DNA of 64,000 nt from Phoronis australis (Eukaryota; Animalia; Phoronida), in NCBI GenBank assembly GCA_002633005.1, contig NMRA01000929.1:1-64000 (forward strand). Direction: 5' to 3'. Positions 1 to 12,472 of the stretch are shown here, one piece after another. A program made the position numbers and the translations under genes. The notes under the pieces are model-generated. The model worked only from the letters and a program-made list of their open reading frames with translations, searched no databases and had not been told where the DNA came from. How positions within the stretch are numbered: position 1 is the first letter of the stretch; every line of letters starts with the position of its first letter.

Positions 1-46
1 CGGTGAACGTAATTCTGTTTCTCATCTGGCATCGTAACATTGATGA
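1..46 (-). CDS. DDX1: DDX1 coding exon (runs off window edge): (V)INVTMPDEKQNYVHR, leading into helicase motif VI
   Basis: Reverse complement reads ctttgtag|TC ATC AAT GTT ACG ATG CCA GAT GAG AAA CAG AAT TAC GTT CAC CG. Phase 1 matches the preceding exon. Matches DDX1 VINVTLPDEKQNYVHRIGR. Confidence 0.96.
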
Positions 47-2240
47 CTACAAAGGATATATGATAATTACGTTTTATTTTTATTTATATATGTGTCCCGG
101 TTTTCCATCATTCGCCCAGATTTAGCATAGGATGTCCTCCCATCATTCGTTGGGATTATTTAAAGATCTCTCTGACAAAGTGTTGGGTACATACAAGTCA
201 AGTAACTCCATTTTGTTGTTCAGACAGTTTACACAATAGAGTTGGGCCATCTCAGCAAAGAGAGAGTAGTTAGCCAATATTTACAATTTGAACAATGAAA
301 AAGTTCAATTTTCAATGAGCTGTGTAGTGTCTAACATGGATGGGAAAGAATTTTGCCTTAAACAGAGGTTATCACTGACTTAACTCTGTCCTCAAATCCA
401 CAAAAAAGACCCGGGTGAGAATTTGACACGTTTGACATGGTCTAAAAACGTGGATCAAGCCAGCCTAGTCATAAAAGTCCAAGGGCTGCGGTAATACCAA
501 TGGGTAAGAAGAATTTCAAAGTTGCAGGTTGAGAAATGTGATATAGGGCGTAACGAACAGATTTCATCCAAGAAAATTGTTTAAAGAGAAGTTAAAAGTT
601 ATTATCTGCGAGGAATATTGAAAAAAACTACATGCATGAAAGATAAAAGGAAGAAAAATTATCATAAAAATATGCTAAAAACCCAACATTTCGAGCAATG
701 ATTGACCAATGTCAGGTGATAAACATAATAAGTAGATATATCCTAAAAAACAAATGAATTCAAAGTTGGAACGCTGAATTTGGTAGAGACGGGAAACACA
801 TTTTCACATTCCATATTTCACAAATACTGAATATATCTCTGCAAATTAAAATTCAAAGAAAACATGGCATTGCTTACGTACTCAACCAAAAGTGATAAAA
901 CACAGCAATGTAGGAATCTGTTAAATAATTTATATATTATTCCGACCATATATCGATCATAAATGCCTGTATTTTCACGTAAAATTGACATTGGCCTGTG
1001 TCTCTTGTTTCAAAATCTTACGCACTTTATTTTTTTGAAATCGATCACTTCATTCATATTTAAGTCCAAAAAAACAATGAATGCGGTACTTTTTTGAGTA
1101 ATTTATCATATGGCACACGCCAAGGAATCTCATTTCATTATATTTGGATTAGATTTGATGTCAATTTAACCTCAACAAAAATAAAAATTTATAGTAAATA
1201 TTTATAGGTGCACTTAATTGAAACTAACAATGCATTACCTTTCGTCTGATCGAAATGAAATTTACAAACAGTGATTACTAAATCAATAGCCCATGGCTAT
1301 TTCTCGACTTATGTTCGCAGAGCTCTAGCTAAGCGATTATCTGACCGAACCACTCCAAACTTAGTACGTAAATAGAACTCATCACTGGTTATCTAATATG
1401 TTGGTTTCATCATTGACCTCACCCTTAAATTTTTTATTTGATTTCACAAAGTGTCGTTTTTCATAGCGCTTTCATTAGTTTATTCCAAAATCATTTGTAG
1501 CTGTAAAATCTCCACCACTTAGAACAAAAACTAATAGCCAAAATCAATTGTTTTCAATAATAGTTCACTTGGCGCTACATCCGATTGACTTCCCAACCAG
1601 CAACCTTGAATGCTTCTTAAAAGTTGGAATTACAATAGCTACTTATTACTACACCTGGAATTCTATGACTGGCCTCATTAGGAAACCTGGACATTCAGTG
1701 ATTGCTAAAGTTGGACAATGCATCTCTACATCAAACCTGTGGTGTTGCCATCTGGCCTTGATGTGTCAGAAGTTGACCTTAAGCTCCTATTGTGTGGTAC
1801 AGAGCAATTATCAGTATAAAGAATTCAATCCATAATGGGCCTACACATTTGTGGCTGTGCACCCAATAACATAATTGTCAGTGAAACCTTATTTCCATGA
1901 GAGTGTGCACTTATGCGTATTCTATATTAGGAGGTCAGCACCAAGTTTAAAACGAAGATCATAAGATATTTAATTTCAGTTCACAGGGTAAATAATACAA
2001 GAGCACTTAGCAAGTAATTCGTCAATAAAGCACACAGACACACTGAGTTATCGATTATACATGAGGATATACACATATGCACATCACAGGGAAGACTAAG
2101 CTGCAAGGAAAAAATACCAAGAAAAAGGAAAAACAAGAGCAAAAAACGGAAATAACACTTGAGCCAATGAATCAACACTTTTTAATCTTTCCCATTAAGA
2201 ACCACGAGGACCCCCTTCCGTAGAACATAGTACATTTTAA

Positions 2241-2590
2241 TGGATAATGTACACTACAAAAGACAGTAGAATGTACTGTCAGTGGATAAGTACACTACAT
2301 AAGACAGTACAATGTACTATGTCAACAGATATGTACAATACAAAAGACAGTACAATGTTCTCTGTGGATGGATATGAACACTACCAAAGACAGTACAATG
2401 TTCTCTGTCAATGGATATGTTCACTACAAAAGACAGTGTAATGTACTCTGTCCATGGATATGTACACTACAAAAGACAGTACAATTTTCTCTGTCAATGG
2501 ATACGTACACTACAAAAGACAGTACAATGTACTCTGTCGATGGATATGTACACTACTACAAAAGACAGTGTAATGTACTTTGTCAATAGA
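2241..2590. repeat. Minisatellite, ~43-bp unit x ~8
   Basis: Unit TGGATATGTACACTACAAAAGACAGTACAATGTWCTCTGTCAA recurs at about 2241, 2283, 2326, 2369, 2412, 2455, 2498 and 2541. Confidence 0.95.
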
Positions 2591-3124
2591 TAAAAGGCAG
2601 AGTTTGGAAACCTGCAGGTTACTAATTAATGTGACTTAAGATTTTGTTCTGTAAAAATCCCAAATCACTACGCACCCATCTCATGCCAGACTCAAACAAG
2701 AAGTCAAAATAGATGAAAGTAAAAAGTTTTCGATAAAAACCCATGGTTCATGCACAGACAACGTGTCACAGCTGCCATGTCTTTCTTTAGGTAGGAGATG
2801 GGTATCTGGTGGAAACTGGGCTCGAGTGGGAAATCGGTGGTTTTTGAGCAGTGTACAGTATACATCCAACTGTCCCTACAATGAAAGTAACAAACAAGGC
2901 AACCAGCTGTCAAACATTCATCTGCAACCTGCGAAAGAGTGATGGTTGCCCGCAACTCTGTGTCGTTTGTAAGGACCAGGGCACAGGGTATAATCTTTTT
3001 CTTCGAAATCGCATTTTCCAATACTACTTTTGTGTGAACTCAAGATATGTGTCTATTATTCAGTCCTCAAGTAGACTGTGGTTTATGCATGTGAGTTCCT
3101 ACACCCATGTTTGCACTTGATGAC

Positions 3125-4436
3125 CTTAAGAGATACAGCCGCAAATGCGAAGAATGTCACTAGGGCGCACCACAGTAGTTGGACCCGTTTGAAAATCCAG
3201 GTCAGTCATGCTCAGGTCAGTAGGTACACATCTGACAATTGTCATAATGATCCTCTGCATGGTTTGGCAAATTGTGAGGCGTAGATGACAAAAAACAGAC
3301 TAAAAACAATTAAGATTTTACTAATAGAAAGGAGCTGTCGTCTTCATAATAGGAACTAATGTTTTCCAAATTTCATGGAAAAGTATCAGGCAGTTATGAA
3401 GTTACAGAAGCAAACGTAAAAAATAAAATTGCCACTAGGGGGACACAGCGGTAGTAAGATCCACTCCAAAAGTAATCGTTACCCATCGTCAAATTCACTC
3501 GCCAAATTTAACGAAGATCCTGCAAAGAGTTCGAGAGACACAGACATAGAGGCAAAAAACACAGCCACTAACAGTTGCCACAGTAGTCCGAGTCATCCAG
3601 AAATCATCACTAGCGGCCGTCTTCACAGTAGAAACATAGATGCCAATTTTTAAATCATCATTGATAGAGGGGCGGATGCCAAAAACAGACTAGAAAACAG
3701 TAAAAATAGCCACTAAATGGGGCAAGTAAGTTGAATCCATCTAAAAATGGGAACATGTACATGTTTCTTTAATAGCAAGCTATTTACTCAATTTCATAAA
3801 AATCCACAAAGAAACTTCAGAGAAATATAGGACAACGAAAAAAAAAAGAAATTTCCACTAGGGGACACAGCCTTCATTGCATGCATCCGAAAGTCGTCAT
3901 CATTTGTCGTCAACATCAAACAAATACACCTGCTAAATTTAATAAAGAACCTACAGAGGGTTTAAGAGCTACAGTAGTCAAAAGTTGGCGGAAAATCGTT
4001 GTCAGCTGTCTTCTTCACAGTAGAAACAAGTATGCCAATTTTCACAATCAACCTTAGAGTGGTTTGGATGACAGAGAGGCGGATGCCAAAAAAACAGACT
4101 CGAAAACAGTAAAAAATAGCCACTAGGTGGCACAAAGTACCTCGAATCCAACTGAAAATAGGAATGTATCATCATCTCACTAACAGATACTTATTTACCA
4201 AATGAAAATCCAGTGAGGACCTTCGAAGATACAGAGATAAATATATAAAACTAAAATTGCCACTAGTTGGCACATTGGTCATTATATTCCTTTGAATGTT
4301 CGTTCATGTCGTCCCATCTGCGAAAGAAACGTAAGTGCAAAATTTCATCAACGTACATCAAACGGTTTTGAAGATAGAGCAGCGGACGCCAGACGGATGG
4401 ACAGTTATGACAGCATAAAGCGCTCATACATAAATG
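3125..4436 (+). mobile_element. HINE/DINE-1-like non-autonomous Helentron, family H1, 5'-truncated copy
   Basis: Tandem ~135-bp units with GCCACTAGG cores (3431, 3856, 4119, 4259) and a 3' GAGCAGCGGACGCCAGACGGATGGACAG microsatellite tail, alignable by eye to 35313-36978. Confidence 0.75.
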
Positions 4437-5142
4437 AATACTAAGGTTTATTTTCTTGAACATTTATTGAATAGAGGGAAAATTTCCAATGACAGAAAAA
4501 GTCTACACCATTCACATCAATATAACAGACCAATAACAACTTCAAGGTTTGATTTGAATTCACAATCCAGGTTAACCTTACACATAGTCGACTTACGATT
4601 GCATATAAACTTCATATGTAGAAACCTACAGAACAAACATTTGAATGAAATGGGCCTTCATTGGTAGTGGGTTGCTTTTTAAATTAATGTGGCGCTGAAG
4701 TTTTAAGATTTGACGAGAGGTAATCATGATGACAACAAAACATCTAGGTGGTTAAACCAAGCAAGTGGAATGAATGAGTTGCTGGTAAATATGGCCACAC
4801 AAAGGGGTGCTGTGTTCTTTGTAAACAGCACAAAGACAACTCCCCAAAAATATCCTCTACACTGGTATCAAGTTCTAGACGAATCCTTCTGGTTCTCTTA
4901 CAGTTACTGGGTAGGGTGCACCAAGGCATCGTTAAATTCAGGACAAAGGGGATTGACACCAGGACAGTCAGGAAAACAGGTGACCAAGATAATAACAAAG
5001 TGATGCACTGTCCCGGAGTCGATAGCAAGGCTAATCGCCAAGCCACTCTCACCTGAGATGGTGGCAACAGTCAGTGTCACTGTGTGGCCTGTTACCAAGA
5101 GCTACACTTTGAATGTCATGGATGAGAGAAAATCTCACTTAC

Positions 5143-5215
5143 CGTAAGGTAGGCCAGTAATGTCAATCCCTCTGGCAGCCACATCAGTGCAGATCAAAAA
5201 GCGCACCTCATTTTT
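5143..5215 (-). CDS. DDX1: DDX1 coding exon, 73 nt: [24 protein letters not shown](V), helicase motif V
   Basis: Acceptor cctgcag at 5216-5222, donor gtaagt at 5137-5142, phase 0 to 1. TDVAARGID is DEAD-box motif V and the [12 protein letters not shown] context is typical of DDX1. Confidence 0.97.
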
Positions 5216-5720
5216 CTGCAGGAAAACACAAACTTCTTTTAAAAAGTGTACGCGGTACGAAAAGTTTCTGAGTGGACCGCACAGTGGTTAGGGAGGTGCT
5301 GCTGTAAATATAGCCAGTGTAATAACTGAGAGATAAGAGAAATGGGCATACCTCAGACAATACCTGGGTTTCTGTGGGCGGCTGCATAAAACAGTCCTTA
5401 ATAGGGGGTAAAGAACGACACAAACATGCAGAAGATTTAGGGAAATTAGTCGAGTCCTTATTTGGGACTGCTTGATGCAGGCATGGACCATCAGATAATA
5501 GTCTTGCAACTCAACTCCAAAAATGATAAATCACTTGCTACAGTTTGAGTAATTTTTCTAATTTCTCGTGAATGATGTAAGCGGCCAACTTGAGAAATCT
5601 TTTGTGATCACGAGTTCAGGTGATTAAAAATTCTATTCGAGACAATATTCCTCCCAGTTTCCATCCCTGCTCCCTACAATTACTGCTTACGTACTCCAAG
5701 AGGATACCTTAACCCATATA

Positions 5721-6200
5721 CATGAGACAACTCCTATGCTAACATTTGGGGTTTTGTTACTGCAGTGCGTAAGCAAGCCAGAGCCAGACTGTGACTAACC
5801 TGTCCCAATCAATTACCAAATTACTGCTCGTGGCTTAGCTGCGATGCTGAAGAAAACCTATTAGCTAATTTCTCTCATAATGCATCAATTTTAAAAATTC
5901 AAAGATGGCTACTATTTATTTTTCAATTTTAAAAACAGTCATGTTGGTCATTTGCTTTACTTATAGTTCATTTTTTGGCTTTGAAACTCCTACACTAAAC
6001 AAGCATGTTGGTTTATGACTGCAATTATATCATCTAGCATGTTCAGCAAAGCCCATCAATAGTGACTAGCTCACTTCAATCTGTGACGGCACTATCAAGA
6101 CTTTGATGTGGCGAGAATTTCGCCGGATACTCTGGCGTAAACAGTTTACGCTTTCTCGTCCACTTGCCAGCAAATTCTGTTTGCGTAAGATTTTCCTAAT
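5721..6200 (+). repeat. Dispersed repeat family F, copy 1 (unclassified)
   Basis: ACAACTCCTATGCTAACATTTGGGGTTTTGTTAC...TTTAAAAATTCAAAGATGGCTACTATTTA...TTCTCGTCCACTTGC is shared with 28895-29353 (inverted) and 43549-43865. Confidence 0.85.
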
Positions 6201-6678
6201 GTAGTTATCCGAGATGATACTGCAAACCCGAGCCGCTCACCCCCAACTATATCTGAGAAAAGAAAAAGCCCACCCCAAGTTGGTGGTAGGTCCTTACCAA
6301 CTTACCTTTACACTATAAAAGAGATTCAACATAAAAAATTTACAACATATAAAATATGCAAATATCATAGGATTTGGTGGACTGAAGTCTACATTCATTA
6401 AATAAGAGGTAGTTATATGAGTAATACAACCAATTAGTCCCACGTTTTGTTTGCATGCTGACTGCAGAATACCGCAGAAGAGGCTTTCTGAACTTCTTTC
6501 ATTGATTAAGACCATCGCCAGTGTCAACTTGGCAACTGTTAAGTAATCATTTATGGAACATTGAATGCAATATGCAGGGATTTCAAGGCAACGGCAATAC
6601 TTGTACGATTCATAAAAACTAATTTGCTTGCAACTAAGAATTGCTGACTGTAAATTTATAGCCTAATGAAAGCATCAC

Positions 6679-6770
6679 CTTAAATTTCTCCAAATTTTCC
6701 TTTCTCTCGTATGGTTTGCGGTCGCCATGGAGGCAGACACATGAGTACTGGTGATTCCGAGCTTTTGGCC
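6679..6770 (-). CDS. DDX1: DDX1 coding exon, 92 nt: (G)[30 protein letters not shown]
   Basis: Acceptor tttttccag, donor gtgatg, phase 1 to 0. Matches DDX1 [25 protein letters not shown]. Confidence 0.97.
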
Positions 6771-7147
6771 CTGGAAAAAGAACATAACCATGAGATCAGA
6801 ACAAATGATAAAATATCGGTTTCATCATGAACAAGGATTGTCCTAAAAAAGCACTGTAATTATGAAAGCAAAAATTATGAATGGCAGTTAATGAACGAAA
6901 ACTTCATACTCCTTGAATATGTAAACATTCTTGTTTTAAAAAACAACACCACTATTGAAGTCCATCACTATTTACCCACAATGCTGCACTGATCCACCTG
7001 GCATTTACCCAGCAACTCCACTGTTCACCACTGCCAATCTGGTATTCAATTGTATTTCCATAGCCAGCACAGGCTTGCATTGTTGTCCCAATGACCCTTA
7101 TATAAGCTGTATGTACTGCATGTTGTATTCTTACAACAGTCACCCAC

Positions 7148-7224
7148 AGGGTCCCCGCATTTTGAGAACAAGTTTTCTCCCCTGAATAATGGGTGTCAAA
7201 CTAGTTCTCAAAATGCGGGACCCT
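7148..7224. repeat. Short near-perfect inverted repeat (hairpin or mini-MITE)
   Basis: AGGGTCCCCGCATTTTGAGAACAAGTTT ... AAACTAGTTCTCAAAATGCGGGACCCT: arms of ~27 bp around a short spacer. Confidence 0.85.
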
Positions 7225-7262
7225 TGAAAGTGACTTACCCTTATTATGATACAATATTTTAT

Positions 7263-7430
7263 CTTACCAATTTTGGACATAAATAATTGCCAGAAATTCA
7301 CTTTTATTTTTTGTCTATTTGTAGTTATGGTACAAAACATGAACATAGATGACTCAAACTGAAGCTGCATATGTTGCATGGAAAACTGATAAAATAGAAT
7401 TTTACTTGTCGGCCATATTGCATCCTAAAT
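7263..7430 (+). repeat. Diverged dispersed repeat, direct copy at ~29352-29568
   Basis: TGTAGTTATGGTACAAAACATGAACA...GGCCATATTGCATCCTAAA versus TGTAGCTGTGGTACAAAACGTGAACA...GGTCATATTGCATTCTAAA. Confidence 0.7.
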
Positions 7431-8507
7431 TGGTGAGATTTTACTGTTAATTATCTAGCTCAAGCCATGTCAACCTATCATTGTCGGTACGACACCACAA
7501 TGAAAAGTCTAGGCACATCTGCGGTCAGGACATCTCTGTTCCACAGTTACCAAACAACTGAACTGCTCATAACAGCAAATGCATTGCGGTATGGGTTAAA
7601 AATTTTGATCCCAAACATCACATGATGTTCAGAGTACCATACCATTCCCCCACAACAAACAAGGTGCCACACTTCCAGAAATGGCCTGCTTACAAATTCT
7701 TGTCTGAAACTCAGACACACATCAGTATCCGTGCCATAAGAATACGCATTTAAAGACAGCCTGAGCCAGCAAGCTGTATGAAAAGTATCGCCAAAATACA
7801 TATATTATTATATAATATACAAAATCAGTATATTGTATTGTATTATATTGATATATGTATATTTAGTATACAGCTTTGCACCACGGCTATTACAGACTTG
7901 CTACACAAAGATTATCCTTTATGGCATAGGCAACTTTTTTTCATGTCATTTTTAGCAAAAATAAGGTTCGTTGATTATCCCAGACATATTTTTCACTTAA
8001 TTATAGCTTTTCGTAATTTGATTAATTATTCGTTCTCTAACTCCAGAAATGGCGTTTTGGGAGGCAAGAATTTCGCGCCAATTTCTTTTCATATAGTCTG
8101 ACTGTGGGAGTTGTCGAGTCAGTTATTGTTCTACCTCCGTTGTGATTAGTTCAGTTGCCATTTGCTTTTGTTTACGAGTCAGTCACCATGCCACACTGTT
8201 GAAACAAATAAACAAGCATGCAGTAAACAACCCCTTTAAACGAGATAAGGATAAATTTTGAGAAATCTTTTGAATTTCTCCAAGAACAACCTGTGTTATA
8301 CACTGCATCATGCAAGGCATAAAAACACAGTCACAAGCAGCTTTTTACACACTGTTTTTGTGGTCAAGCAATCCCCCAGAGTCATGAAGGCAGTCATCAC
8401 TTAGTCTCAATATTAGATAAAATGACCACAATTTATCTGTGTGTCATGTTCTCTGAGTGGCAATGCCTGATTGAGTTCATGTACACACTAATCAACGACA
8501 CTTCTCT

Positions 8508-8575
8508 GAGCGATTTTAAACAGAGCGATTTTAAACAGAGAGATTTTAAACAGAGCAATTTTAAACAGAGCAATT
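8508..8575. repeat. 15-bp tandem repeat (GAGCGATTTTAAACA) x ~4.5
   Basis: Directly visible. Confidence 0.95.
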
Positions 8576-10364
8576 CTGCTTATTCCTCTCAGCTGAACAA
8601 CTCATAAGCAACTTTTGCACTTTCTTTCAAAAGACCAGCAACTTTATTACATCTATCATTGAAAGGATGAAAAGGCTATGGGGCCAATAGAATAATTATA
8701 CTTGATATTACTAAGAAAGTAATTCTTACATGAAATCACAGTAATTTGCTAATTTGTAGTATTTATTTAGGATATTGCTGTACTCAGGTGAGCTACGCCT
8801 GAACAAGAAGAGCAAAGTGAGGGCATTCAATTGCACCACGGTGTATTGCCACTGGGAAGTGCAGCAGTGTAAGTCAAATCATCCCAAAAATCAAATAGTG
8901 GTGGTGTATTCTAATCCAGGGCCGTAGGAAGCGGGGCGGTGGGGGGCTAGGGGGGCATGGGCCCCCCAAAAATTTTCAGGCGTCAGGGTTAATCCGTGGC
9001 AACCGACAAACGCGTAGAGCGGAGACAGTCGAGAAAAGAAAGACTGCTAAATGCGGATAAGAGAGAAAACTCAAGAACATTTAACAACTCTGTATCACTG
9101 TATGGTTTACCTTTTCTGGACCCTGTTGGGGGTCTCGGCTTTCACAGCACAGGTCGTCTAAATGCACTTGGAAACGTGCACGTAATGATTCATGCATATA
9201 TTTTGAAAAATCGGAGCATATTAATTTACTGGATTTTTAAATTCAATAAGTCAATTTTGTGATTGCAAAACCATATTTTTCCAGAGGCTTGTCTCTGGCA
9301 AGGGATAATGGAGACAACTGTCGCTTTTTTCTCGAATTGTATATTGATGACCTGACAGATATCATCAATTGCTGCACATTTCTTGATTTATGAAAATATA
9401 GATATTTCCACATAGAGGGACCCCACATCTGAAGGAGGCCATTGATGACATTCAAGTGGCCACAGTTTTTATGTTTCTATTGACAAATTCTTAAGGGTAC
9501 GCTCATGGAGAGAGGACCCAATGTTGGACTCGATTACGTATATTTTCCTGTTTTTTGCGACATCGTGCAACCAACTTTCATGCTGAAGCAGGTCACTTCC
9601 TGCACCATCGTCTGACCAATCGACGGTGAAATGAACTGTCACTCTTTTCCAAGCTTAATTAACTGTTTAGCTTTTCATGATTAAGGTGCCCCAATTTCAG
9701 ATGGAACCCTCTCTCGGTGGAGTCATGAGTTCGGAGAATTTACGTCCCTTTGTCCCTCTATACATATTAATCCAACACTGCAAAATGTTCATGAGGGAAG
9801 TTGTGATTCGAAATTTACCAAAAAACAAAACATTTGTGCACAGCACATAAGTATCAAGACATTTGACCCAAACAACCAAAAATGTGAAAAAATACAATAG
9901 GATTGATGGCAATCAAAAGGGAGTAGGATATTTTAAAGAATGTGAAGACCGCTGTTTGTTAAGTACACAAAATTACCATTTTCGATGGTTAGTTATAAAA
10001 TAATGTTACTGTATCCCATATTATCACAAGAATATATCTTTTGAAGATGGTTACTAAATGAGTTGTTTGTAAGGAATTCCCACATGTGGAAAGCACTGCT
10101 GTAGAGGCTACCATTGGGGTGTACATGTTGAACAAGTGTACCCAAATACTTGCAATAATAAACAAATTAAACAAATATTTCAGCGTTTTTTTGTGGTCAA
10201 GTTAAACACGTGAACCGTTATATGTACCTCTGAAAGAGCAAAAATACACCGTACTAATAACTGTATGCCCAATCGCCCATTTCCCCCCGGTTACCCATCA
10301 AAAATCTGAGAGCATGCCTGCAGAAATTGCTTATAACATTCCGTTTTGATCAACAAAATCGTTG

Positions 10365-11020
10365 GTTTCTGATTTACATGTTTATGTGTATTCGAAAATC
10401 GACAGGTTAATAGGTGATTTTTGGCAATTAGAAGCTGATCTTTTAAGACAATGATGACGAATCTAGGAATTTAGTTGAAGCCTGAATATGAAAAAAACTA
10501 CAATCCGATGCCCAAATAGTAGAGAGCACTTGGAAGCTTTTTGCCTATCTAAAATAACTCTCAAAAACATTGATGAAATTTGGACAATCCCATAAATAAT
10601 TACAATTCAAATGACAATAATTGCATTGCTTTTTGACTTCGGTACAAGATCTGTTGTTTAAAGTCAAAGGGGATCAAAAAGGAATTAAGTCATTAAATCA
10701 AGGTAAACGCATTGCTCATGGATTTGGTTGTTGACTTCTGATTTACATGTTTATGTATCTACGAAAGTGGACTGATTGAGAGATGACTTTTTTGACAATT
10801 AGAAGCTAATCTTGTAAGAAATGACAATACCTCAATGAACTTAATTGCAGGCCGATATTGGGAAAATTCGATCTATCATCAGATCCCCAAATATAAAAGT
10901 ACACTAAAGGATTTTTGTCTATCTGAAATAAGTTTCAAGGAAATTGATGAATTTCGGACAGCTCAACAATGTGTCCCAAAATGTTCTCAAAATTCAAATG
11001 ACAATAAATTGTTTATTGGC
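10365..11020. repeat. Diverged tandem duplication, period ~370 bp
   Basis: TTCTGATTTACATGTTTATGT, CAATTAGAAGCT, TTGATGAA and AATTCAAATGACAATAA each occur twice in the same order. Confidence 0.8.
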
Positions 11021-12472
11021 TTAGGAACTACCGTAAACGTTCGGGTTAACGCCCTGGGTGGTTAAATTGGCAAACCCAAAAATTCGGGGGTGGGCGGTTA
11101 ACCAGACATGGGCGCTTAAACGTGAAATTTCAAGAAATTAGGGGTGGGCGGTTAACCGAACATGGGCGCTTATTACGACAGACAACCGCCTACGGCGGTT
11201 AATCTTACCTCATGACCCCAGTTCCCACATGAAGTTGGAACGCGTAGCACTTTTCCGAGCTTTCGCCACGTCGCCAAATGACGGTAAAAATGTCATAACA
11301 GCGGATGATCCCAACAAATGTTCTGTTGCCCCCAGATTAATCATTTCAATTAAATTTACAAAATTGCTGAGTAATAGCCCGTGCCGTTCTGCCGTCTTGT
11401 TAGAGCTGTACCTGTAGAGCGCAGACAACTATGCAGCACTCCCCTTGGATAGCAACTATCCTCACTGACGTGGTGACAGTGCAAAGTGTGCGCATGCAAG
11501 CTTCACGTGCTGGTCACAGCAGTCACGAGTTAGTTATCAAGTTTTGAGTTAGAGAGCAGTTTTAAATTATTTGTAATTAAAGTTTGAAAAACTAATTCAG
11601 GTGTTTTTTTTTGCGTTTGGGATGTTTATGTTCGAGACTCTGTGATTCAATGACATTTTCAACTAAGGTTCTACGGCTGTTTTATTTTGACCACCCGATG
11701 GAGGTTAGCAGACATAAGCCAATCGTCAATCAAAAGTTACCGCAAAGGCATTACTCAAAAAAGTGCTTAAGATTTTAATGTTAAAAAACACTAACACTAT
11801 GAATTGGATGAGTCTAATGAAACCATATAGCAGAGTCTGAGAAAGAAGTAGTTCATACACAAGTACCTGAGTCGGTAAAAATAATTTGAAGACGAAGCCC
11901 CCATTATTCGGGTAACCAGCTACAGTGGTTTGTTCCAATGAGCAAAGCATCCTTACTGAGTAGGTGTTGTTGGAAACAGAACTCGGCGCTAAGGCAAAAC
12001 GAGCTGCAGGTCGACCTGAATTTTGAAAATGCTAGCCGAGATTTTGGTCATCTTGTATTTAGTCGTAACATGCGACCTAAAATTTGCAATGTACGGGCCA
12101 CGGCATACATATGTGATAAAACGTCACAAAACAGCAATGTTTCTATTCATTGTTAAACGATCAACTTACCAAATTTTGTAGTGGAAAAACACATTAATCA
12201 TTTTACATGCAAGATTTCCAGATTATCCTATTACATAACCTACAACATTGTACTGCGACACTGTTCGGTCCCAATGTTTGTGCGCAATGTCCCCGCAAAC
12301 GATCGCGACTTGGAAATGTCGGCAAGTAATCGGCCTGTTCAATATGCGTATCGTTTTTTATGACAAAAGACAGCGGCAAACAGATTCTCAAGACCTTCTT
12401 TCTGGGGTTGAACACGCGCATATGAGTCACCTGTCAATCACATGTGCAGTCAAGGTAACTTGCACTCCAGAG

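Noticed and set aside
2241-2590. Regularly spaced repeats resembling a CRISPR array, with repetitive ORFs
   Set aside because: Head-to-tail 43-bp minisatellite with no unique spacers, no cas genes and a eukaryotic intron context.
4904-5098. Minus ORF containing GLAISLA and TVHHFV, reminiscent of DDX1 MGLAISLVA and TVHHVV
   Set aside because: Wrong order and position relative to the true exons, no flanking similarity and no fitting splice sites; treated as chance.
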